DNA of 47,709 nt from Trypethelium eluteriae (Eukaryota). Position numbers and translations under genes: made by a program. The notes beneath the pieces are model-generated. The model had not been told where the DNA came from, ran no database searches, and worked only from the letters and a program-made list of their open reading frames with translations. The stretch covers positions 1-47,709 of the forward strand of contig JAVECL010000127.1 of NCBI GenBank assembly GCA_051942245.1. Reading direction: 5' to 3'. This document shows positions 35,915 through 46,337 of the stretch, piece after piece. Positions within the stretch are counted from its first letter, which is position 1, and each line of letters opens with the position of its first letter.

Positions 35915-38269
35915 ATGCAGGCCCCGGAACACGATGGCAGCGCTACCTCCATCCTGCGACCAATTGGTACAATTTCCGGTCCACTCATCTCCTGTTGTGA
36001 CTGCGCGTGCCCAGTTCGCTGGTTCACGCTCTTCCAGCGGGCGGTGCTGCCATTATATTCGGCCGGAATGCTGATGTGTGAATGTAGGCTATCAGAGCGG
36101 ATCGTGCGGTTATTGCCAGGACAAGCATTCAAGTCAGAGAATTCCCAATACTCGTGCGTTCAAGCTTGCTTTGCCAGATGCTCGGTCGTCTTGTTTTACC
36201 GCCCTTTCGTCCTTTGCTTGACCTCTGGCCGTCAATCTCGTTTTTTCTCACCGCCCCGTTCTCGTCCCCTTTCGTCCTGCCTTCAGGTTTTTCTCTATAT
36301 CTCATACATCACGTGCTCACCTTCCATTCTCATTCTTTCCGTGGGGAAGTTGCATGCAGCTTGCCTGAATGAACCACTACGCACGTCAGCCGTAGTGGTC
36401 TTTGCGCTTCCCTCACCCGCACCCCTTCTTAGACTCCTTTCTAAGTGCCTGCGGCACCCGTACTACCCCCCACTTGTTGCTACCCAGTTGCTGAGACTGC
36501 TCGGCAGGCGCAAACTACTATGCGGCAACAGACTCACTCGACCCAAGCCACTATCAGGCACTAGTTGACCGAGGATGGAGAAGGTAAAGTTTCTGTCCAA
36601 CTTTTAGCTCGCAGCATGCTGTGCCTGTGTACTCCTAAAAAAATTGTCAAAGCGCTCTCAAGAAGTTGTGGAGCCACGATAGGCAGCACAAGCTAATAAG
36701 GGATCCCGCGTGGGGAAGCAGGTCCGGAACCCTTCTCTACAAGCCAGATCAGTGGAGGTCATGCTGTCCACATTACACAATCCGGTACGGCCCAGCTCCC
36801 ACGTCCGCATCCGAACAAGCAAGCCCATGCTGATGCAAGCTTCTTGAATCCCAACAGGCTTCCGGCTGCACAGCTGAAGGCCTCAAAAGACCAACGGCAG
36901 GCTGTGAACCGATGGAATCGATATGTCATTGGCGAGGATTATGCAAAAGAAGCCGCAAGGCTGCATCCTAAGCCTAAGGAGTGCGTCACTCAAATTCAAG
37001 CAATACCCCACAAAGCCCCGCTCTCCACTATAAAACCCAAGAGATGCCGACATCACACAAGATCTTTTAAGGTAACAGCTCACGCGAGCGATAGAGATAA
37101 GAGGCGCGAGAAGAATGAGGGCTTCAATCTCCTCCGCACCGTCCACGAATCCGAACGCGGCCGACTCCGCGAGCCACCCCCACCCGCCCACCATTTCGAG
37201 GTCAGTCTCGAGCCCGACGATTTCACGGAGGAAAAGTTCACCCTATACGCCAACTACCAAGAGCACGTACACCACGACCCTCCAGACAAGATTGTCCGCT
37301 CCGGCTTCCGCCGTTTCCTTTGCGACTCCCCTCTCCGACGACGCACGCGCCTCCTTAAGCCAGATTCAGGTGCAGAGGCTGAAGGCGACCCGGGCGAAGA
37401 TCGAAAGGAGCAAAAGCTGGGCTCCTACCATCAGCTCTACCGTCTCGATGGGCGACTCATCGCGCTCGGTGTCCTTGACTTGCTCCCCCACTGTGTCAGC
37501 GGGGTCTACTTCCTCTACCACTCAGACTTCGAGAAATGGAGCTTCGGGAAACTAAGTGCGCTCCGAGAAGCCGCTCTGGCGGTAGAGGGTGGGTACCAGT
37601 GGTACTATATGGGTTACTATATCCATGAGTGTGTGAAGATGCGGTACAAGGGAGACTACAAGCCGCAGATGGTGTTGGATCCAGAGAGTTACGAGTGGGT
37701 TTCTTTAGATGGAGAGTTTCGAGATGCCTTAGATCAGCGCAAATATGTAAGTCGAGACATTGCACAAAGTTTAGTAGACCAGACGAGGAAGCGAAAGAGG
37801 GTAGAGCTGGGAAACGAAGATGCCGAGCGGGAAATGAACCGAACTACGGAAGAGAAAGCTAATAGACAAGACACGAACGAACTTGAGGACGAACAAGCTG
37901 TTCAAGAAGGAACCCGGGCTGAGAACGACTTGTACACTATCCCTGATTCCGAGACCGCCGCGGACACGGGCCTCTCTTTGCTAGAGCTGGGCATGCCAGG
38001 TGTAATGACCGCGGAGGAGGTAGAAAGTCAAATTGACCTTGACCGTATGAAGATCAAAGTGAGGAACCGGCAAGTGAATACCGAAGTAAGCAAATGCAAG
38101 GGATTTCTACATCAGCTTCCTGCTGGCTAATGTATGGCTTCAGGACATTATCTCTTGGGGTCAAGGCTCTATCGAAGACGCACAGTCCATCAAAGGTGTC
38201 GTCGCGGAGTTTGCAGCCTGCGTTGGACCTCAACTTGCTGGCGAGGTGGTTTTGAAGTTTGGCCGATAA
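35915..38269 (+). CDS. ATE1: Arginyl-tRNA--protein transferase
   Basis: GYQSGSCGYC, LVDRGWRRSGTLLYKP, CCPHYTIRL, GSYHQLYRLDG, SGVYFLY, GKLSALRE, YYMGYYIHECVKMRYKGDYKP. Introns 35967-36087, 36154-36507, 36584-36721, 36785-36857, 36981-37094 and 38086-38143. Confidence 0.93.
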
Positions 38270-38667
38270 ATGGAAGCTATTGTTGTAGCGGAGCCTTGAT
38301 TGACTACTGGCCAGAGATGTGTAGATCAAACACGGCATGTCACAATGAGAGCAATTGGGTTCGAAGATCACTTCGGCGGAAAACACATATGAGTCCCGCG
38401 GGGCTCATCACAGTATTCACTTATCTAACATCGCCCTGTCGTATAATTTGCTTCTGGAAGACGGCTCCTGTGATCCTCCATCTTACACTCCGCTTTCTAG
38501 TTTATTCCACCGCCTCCCCCAGACTGAAACGCAGGTTCGGCTCGTCTCCCACGTCAAACCTTTTGATGACCGAGACAGTATTACTTTCTCTTCTATATTG
38601 TTGATCCGGAGTCGTCTTTTCGTTTACCTTGAGGGACATTCCAAAAAGGATTCCGAGCACCTCGACT

Positions 38668-40130
38668 ATGGCACCGCCTTTGGGTACTAAGCGTGTGGCT
38701 GAAAAAATGCCGACAGGCGACGGTAAGAGGCGACGAATTGCTCATGCGGATCCGAAGCGGACGTCAGTGGTAAAACAACTTGGTCGGGGTGTCACCGGAG
38801 CGGTCTACCATGTGAAGCACGATATAGCGATCAAAGAGGTATTTGCGTTATTGCAAGAAGAGAGTCCTGGATCTACAAAGTGCTAAGTCGAGCTCGTTCT
38901 AGTTTAAGGATGACCCTTCCATCGACAAAAACTTCAAAGCATTCAAGGTCGAGAAAGACGCTTTCGAGATTCTCCAGGACATTGAGGGCCTTCGTGGTCG
39001 CATACCCGCTTATTTTGGCGAACAAATTTCCATCACGACGAATACCAAGGGAGACAGCAACTACAAGGCTCTCGGGTTGGAATTCGTTGAAGGAGAAACT
39101 CTATTTAATAGGCAGCGTCGCTACGGGTTAAGGTATGGAGAACTAGGAAGAATCTGGGAAGCGCTCAAAATGACTTTGGAAATTCTACACGAAGCGGGTG
39201 TTACGCACGCAGACACACATTCAAATAATGTGATGATCCGTTGCTCCGTGTCCGACTCTGCAAGACCCATCGAGGAACGTGTAGTATTAATCGATTTCAG
39301 TCACTCTGAGTTACGTTCAAACGTTCGAGCTGGGGAGCCATGGCAAAAAAGGAAGGAGGCAGACTTCAATCAGTTGGAGAGTTCAATGAAGAGAATGGCC
39401 GAACGTAGGGTATGTGCACAACAGGAAAAAGAAAGAAAAAAGCGAGAAGATATCGAGCTGACACTTCTGTAAGGACCGAGAATTAGTTGAGCGAGTGCAG
39501 GCTGGCGGGGACATTGAGTGGTTTCTTTCCCCATACATGGAAAACCCTCTTCGGGAGGTCCCCAGCCTGCAAGTTGCGCTTGCAATCCTGAAGAACCTTC
39601 AAAAGCGTAACAAGTATCAAATCGCTTTCAAGTTCTCTAAGACCTATAAGCCAGTCAAACGATCTCTCGACGATCCCACATACTTCGAGTACAGGAATTT
39701 GGAGGCATGTACAACATTTGGAGTCTCAGCCGCACATTCATTGAAGCTCTACCGCCGACTGATCACCGAGAGTATTGAAACACTTGGTCTGACGCACTCC
39801 CAATCGATGGACGCCGGGCTTTGCGTCTCTCTCACGCTTGCCGGCAATGGCAGGATCGATGCCGCTGTCCGAGTCGCTTACTACTTCCTCCGCGTTACCT
39901 TCCCGCTGCAGCAGCAAAGCAACTTGATTGTTTGCGGACCTACGAAGTACAGGTTCAAATTCATTAGGATCATCCGCGAAAATGTGACCGCTATGAAAGA
40001 CACGGTCGTGAAGAACAGGATGGAAGATATTCTCCGCAAGTTCGAAGCGAAAGATCTAAGACCAGTAATGGGCTTCCGTGACTATAATGAGGCGAACATT
40101 CTGCTCTTTGATCAGATCTGGGGTATCTGA
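38668..40130 (+). CDS. Divergent protein kinase-like protein with C-terminal helical (TPR-like) domain, ~444 aa
   Basis: Gly loop LGRGVTGAVY, AIK lysine, LEFVEG hinge, HADTHSNN catalytic loop, LIDFS. Introns 38839-38902 and 39410-39473 join three ORFs in frame. Confidence 0.8.
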
Positions 40131-40780
40131 TAGGACAAGTGTCGGGGCACCCCCCAGCAATTTTCTGGCGCCAGCAGGCGGACTTTTTTTTTGCATGGCT
40201 GTACATACATAAGGTACTACACTTCCACATCTGTGTCATTCATCTTTTCCTCGATCCTTTTTTCTTTTTTTCACCATTTCTATAAGAACAAATCAAAGCC
40301 CAGTCCCGAAAATCGTGTCACACAGACGTGGCTGTACTGGAGATACAATGTCGAAAAAGTAGGCCGGCAGTAAGTAGACGCATTCCCAGGGAAGTAGTTC
40401 AGAACGATTTGAAGTCTTCAGAATACATATGTGGACTGATCTTTTTGCCCTAGTTCCCCGGGAGTTCGTTAATGCTATATTTTGGAGGATTAGGCTAGGA
40501 TTAGAGCGAGCATCACCTTTATGGGCTAGACGATGTGCTGTCCTTTAATTGATGTTGCGGAGTCAATACTCCTAGGAAATGTTACTCTTGATTTCTAAGG
40601 TTTCATAAATGTGAAGCGCGACAACGGTAACTGCTAGAGAAAAATGGCAAAGACTTGGTGTATCTCATTGTGTCATTGATTTTCGGTTGATGTGGCCTAT
40701 TATCCACACTGAATTGAAGACCCCAGTACCCAGACCCCGCAAGTGCAAAGCTCTTAGGCAAGTGTACACATTTGTAGCTT

Positions 40781-41525
40781 CTATCTCCTGATGGCCCTCT
40801 GATAGAAAGCTAACTCCTCACCCTCCAAGACATATCCATCTACACGGCCACTCTGCCCGGGTCTCGATGCAACCACAGCAAAAAGGCGACCACCCTCAAA
40901 TTGTCTTTCAAGTGCCGGCTCGACCTTGCCCTGCTTCTTCAATCTTGCCTCTTGCTTCCTCTCGACACTCTTCGATTTCTTCGTCTCCTCCTCACCCGCC
41001 TTGTCCCCTCCCTTCTGCTGCTGCCTCCGACGACCTAGCGATTGCCCGTAATGAGCCTCATACCACTGTCTGAATGGCGTAGCGTCAATCTGAACCACGG
41101 CCGACTTGGTCAAAGTATTTGTACGGACAAGCTCGTTGTTTGAAGGATGATATGCGACAGCAATGACACGGACTTTGCGGGCGATACCCTCAGAGCCCCA
41201 ACTGTAGTTGCCTGAGTCGAGGCGAAGGGCGCGGAACTTGCGGTTACCGCCGCGGGTCCGGACGAGATGGATACGCTTGTTGCCGATACGGGTCCCAGCA
41301 GGCTGGCGACCTTTCTCGAAAGCTCTAGATGTCCCATGATGTCAGAGTTTTGGGCTTCTGGCAAAAGGGGGTAGAGGCAATCGGGTTATGCATACCGCTT
41401 CTTGCGATAGTATGCGCGCTTCGCACCGGTGGCCGAGCGCTTGTGACGAGAATCACGAGAGATACTGCGATGTTGTTAGCCTTGTTTGGAATCTTTGAAA
41501 GAGAGAAGATTCGAATATACCCCAT
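40781..41525 (-). CDS. RPS8: 40S ribosomal protein S8 (eS8)
   Basis: MGISRDSRHKRSATGAKRAYYRKKR, ATPFRQWYEAHYG, SRPGQSGRVDGYVLEGEEL. Introns 41465-41520 and 41325-41395. Confidence 0.98.
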
Positions 41526-42082
41526 GATTGCGGTTGATGAACGTGACTGTACAAATCTCGATGTCAGTCAAATACTGTACTGAAAGGACAGCCTCCACTA
41601 CAGACTCTGGCCGGTGTCCACTACTATGTAGAACACCATGAAAGTATTCGGATCGATGGCCTGCTCACCTAGAATGTCACTGCCTTCACCAGGGCAATTG
41701 ATCGGGTGTATTAGGCTGATGGTTGTCGTAGGTGGAATTGATTGTGGTTTCGCGGAAAATCTGAAGGCCTTGCGTGGTGGTGCGGGTAGTCGCTTAGCTA
41801 TCCCATTCTGTTCTAGTACAATCCTCAGCAACGAAACCCCTCCACCCTATCGTGCCTATCGGGCCTACCTAGATCCTATCAGCCCATGATTGTCATCACA
41901 ACAGAAGCAAAACGTTGCACGGAGCAGCACTTGCTCGATCATTCTTCACCATCTCGGCTGCGAGCATCTCTTCCATTGCATTTTTATTGATCTGCGTATG
42001 CTCTACATCTAGACAAATACCGTTACAGTGTAACTCCTTATGTTCAGCCGAGCGCAAAACAATGCGCCAACGGGGAAGAGTA

Positions 42083-43497
42083 TCATGATGCTCCGACAAC
42101 AGCGCTGGTCTCCTGCGGCTTTGTTCTCCCAAGGCCCTCCTTGCTATAGAAGTCCATAGGATACACTCCGGTTCCTTCACCTCCGTCTGCATCCCATCCC
42201 CTCCTTTGCCCCAACACTACCAATGCCTCGTACGGCGTCAACAGCGGTCGTGGAAATGCGTAGCCCCAATCAATGCTCAACCGCGGACACGCAATCTGTA
42301 CCCAGCACTCAACGTCGCTCATAATTGCCAATTTGCCGGGGAAAATCTCGCTTAGCAGGAGGTTGATCCAAGGAACGCCTCGCTCCCGGAGGTGATTCTC
42401 GATCATGGTCATGGTATGCGGATTACCTTGTCGGCCCAACGAGCCGAGAATGAGACCCCATTTCTTCGCTTTGCGAGCTTGTGTGATAGCATCGCGACGC
42501 AGACTCTGCATCTCCTCGTGGTCGTAAGTTTCCCGGGTCAAGCGTCGTGAGTATGGGTCGTACCGGTAGGCGGGAAGCTGGGGATTGTGTATCATTGCAG
42601 ACTCGAGATGGAAGCGTCCATCCCCAAGATAGAGAATGAGATCCGCAGCGTTGTCGCTGAGGCGTGGTGAAGTACAGCCGAGGATCTCACCTTTGCTCAA
42701 GGGCATGATCTGTGGTATCAGAACTTTGAATCCTGCCTTCTCAAGCGCCGCTTTAGTACCGTGAAGGGTGGCATTGAATTGGATGGTGCCGACTATAGCA
42801 ATGGTTTTGCCAGAAGGAAAGTTGCGCTCAACGGTGGCAAGCAGGTGTTGCACATCGATGCTTATATCCACGAAGACATATAGCGTCTTGATCTTAGTGA
42901 CATCAACGGGGATCAAACAGCTGTGAGCATAGTGAACGAGCAAATCGCATCCTAGAGCCCGAGCGGTGTAGTCGTCGATACAGCAAGCGCCGTAGGTGAC
43001 ATCGCCCATAATCAATGTCTCGATGCCTGGGCAGAATTTGGTAAGGATGTCGGATATTGTGGTCGCAAATAAAAGCAACCCTTCAGGAAACTGAAGTGCG
43101 ACTTTCTTCGCTCCTGAACTCCGGATCCGATGGATCGTCTTGTGTATTTCGAATGAATAATTCGATGGAAGGAGATTGATGGCATCGTTGATGTCTGAAT
43201 CCTCTAAGATCTCGGACGGCACCTGATTTATTGGCCTCGGAATTCTTCGAGGCTGCGTAACTGTTTCAATATTAGCTTACAGCTCCCCTGCTTCAACATA
43301 ACGATGTGGTCCACACTTTGTATCGCTCCAGAGTCCTCGACATTCCTATTCTGGCCGGGAACTGCCACGGATCTCTCCGCTACGGCCCGTTTGCCAATAA
43401 ATCTCCTCTTTGGCTGCTTGACTCTGGCTGGGAGTTCTTCTTCTAGATCGCGAGATATATCTGTGCTAAGGTTTGTCTCCGCTCTATCTGACTCCAT
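42083..43497 (-). CDS. DPH1: Diphthamide biosynthesis protein 1
   Basis: [58 protein letters not shown]. Intron 43261-43316. Confidence 0.97.
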
Positions 43498-43908
43498 GAC
43501 GATGCTGCATCATCGTGCTATGTGTTACAAGATTGGGAATGAACGCCAAAGTTTCGCCTCGGATCTGGCTCCGGTGGGGTGACAACTCAAATCAAGGCCA
43601 CCCCACTCCCCTGATCTTGTGCTTGGAGCATCTTCATAGAGCCCGACTCAAAGCATATAATGTTTAGATTCTTGTGGAAAAGCTTACAGTCGAGAAGCTA
43701 GACAATGAGCATTGGGGGCTGACGACATCTTCTTACCTTTTGAAGCAGTTTCATATGCTAGAATAACAATTAGGTCAGCGAAGCGTAAGAGGGGATACGC
43801 CGGTCTGTATTTCGCTACCTATTACTACATTCAGAACCTGGAGTTATTTGACGTTTCTCCAATGCGGCTAATGAGCCAGCGTACAAGTTTCACCAGGAGA
43901 ACGTTTCG

Positions 43909-45290
43909 CTATTGCGCACACTCCCCGACTACCAGTTGTTCATACATAGCTACTGCCGCTCTTCCCTCACCTGCGATGTCCCCATTCCAGATCCAGTCCA
44001 TTCGTGTGGACACATCGTCTCTGAACGCTTTCTCATCGTCCATTACACCTGGAAGACGCAATGTTATGAGCTTGCCAGCCTCACGACTTGTTTCCCACAC
44101 CTTTTGTGATCGCGGTCGACGAATGGTATCGTAAGCCTGAAAAGCCATAGGTATCTTGGCCGGTGTATCCACCAAGGCGAATAGCGCTTGTAGGACAAAC
44201 ACATCTTCCATCGTTTGCGACGCTCCTTGACCTAGAAGGGTAATTAGATCGGAGAAAAAAATGAGTTGAGAAGATCGTGCTTGACCTTGAAAGGGGACCA
44301 TGGCATGAGCAGCATCACCAATCATAGCCAAATTACCATGGACGTATGTTGGTGCCAACGGATACTCCCAGACAGATCTCATCAAAACCCCAGGACGATC
44401 GAACAACTTGATGATCTTCTGTACTTGTGGACCCAAATCCGAAAATTCTTCAGCAATTTTGCTATGCTCAGCTCGCTTGGCCCAAGGACCATCCCAGTGG
44501 TCATAAGAGGCATTGAGAGCAGCGATGTTCAAGCTTTGCCCATAGTCAATGGGGTAAGTTACTATGCAACGGCCTTTCCCTACATGGCATTGGCCGGTCT
44601 GTGCGCATGTCTTGCCAAGAGCAGCAATCGCCTCCTGTATTGGGGGTGCCACTGGAAATAGTTTGGTCAGCCAGGATGTCGATTTGAACACGATTGTGCT
44701 TTACCTCTATACACTACGGTGCCAGAGAAGATCGGATCCGCTGCCGGACTCTGTTCTCCGAGTAGATACTTGCGAACGACACTATGAACACCATCGGCAC
44801 CAATGGCGCAATCAGCAGTAGCCGAAGTGCCATCTTTGAATCGAAGCTTGACTCGGTTTGATTCAAGATTTTCGATTTGTCCAAGTTCTTTTTTGAAGTG
44901 CGCTACCTCCTTGGGTATCAATTTGGCCAATTCGTCTACAAGCTTGGCGCGATGTACCGAAAAGACCCCAGTCTCACTCCTGGGCGCTGCGATGGTTTGG
45001 CCCGCTTCATTCCGGTAATCGAACCAGACAGTTCCCATGTCTTCCTCAATGTTATGAGTGGCCTGTGAAGAGTAAGCCTGCTCGAGCTTCGGGTCGATAA
45101 GTTTGAGAGCTCGTTGAGCGTTAGGAGCGATATCCAACCCTGCACCAATCTCTGAAAAAGTTTCTGCGGATTCATATATTTGGACTTGAAGATGGGGATG
45201 CTTGAGCAAGCCAACGGCCAAGCTGAGACCGCCCAGCCCGCCACCAACAATGGCCACATCAATGGGCTTAGAATCGCTTTCAGATGCCAT
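43909..45290 (-). CDS. FAD-dependent monooxygenase (salicylate hydroxylase-like, class A flavoprotein)
   Basis: VAIVGGGLGG, EIGAG, IGADGVHS, IGDAAHAMVPFQGQGASQTMED. Introns 44652-44704 and 44232-44285. Confidence 0.9.
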
Positions 45291-46337
45291 GACTGATTTG
45301 ATGTAGAACTGCAGCGGCGATGAAGGTTGTAAGTTGAATTCGAAGACAATCGCCTCATGGTCCATCAGCCAGTAAATATAGTAAATTGGATTGAGGACCG
45401 CGTTGCTGACATCTCGAACATGACATAGGTAGAAGTCGCGCTAACCTGTGTATTGACCGGCACGGAGATAGACAAGACCTAAGAAGTTCGCTTTCGTGTA
45501 TAGTCGACCCCTGAATTGTGACTGTCATGTAAGCCTCCGCCATTAGCGTTGATGTTTTGATATTACTTGACGCTTGCTCTCCCAATTGAGGCACAACCGC
45601 ATCGTTGTCTCTGTCATTACCGGCAGCGACGATCCGAAGACAAGGGGGGTGCCTTGTGTTAGGAGCGCCGACCTGACGACAACCCCATGCTGTTGTTTCG
45701 AACTCCCTCAACATAGGGAGATTCGGTCTCCAGGTCTGCCGGTACGGCCCGCATAGTCCGTCTTCTTACATGTTATTTACCCATCGACGTTGCTATCCTC
45801 CGTTGAGGACTTGCTAATGGCTGCATAGTTAGTAGACGGCTGTTCGGCTTTCGCACTGTTACAACGACCGAGTCTTCATATACTTTGCCAGGGTTGTGTA
45901 TTGCATGAAATGAACTGATGAGTATACGGTGAAAAGAGCAAAGGAAAGAGCACACTCAGCGTCGAGCTTCTGAAGCCTCGTACCTAATTAGAACTGTTAC
46001 GAGTAGGTCAAGGAAATCAGTATTCGAGCCTGCCCTGGCTAGAGACTGGCCCATTGATGTCTAAAGGCGGGAGCGCTCTGCTTCTGCTAGCTCTGATTGG
46101 GGGCAGCAGGGGGGTCGCCATGTGGAGGGTCTTGGAGGAAATCTCTCCATTGGGATAGGAACTCCCCACGCTGACCCTCAAGAGGACGTGAGGTCGGAAA
46201 TTTACCCGACTTTGCACCACCATTCCCGCTCTCGGCCTCGGGCCCAAGTTCCCCGCTTATTCCTTTCCATTTCCATGCTTCACTGTGTAAAGACCACCTC
46301 CACCTCCACGGACCTTGCTTGCTCGGCCTTCTCCGAT

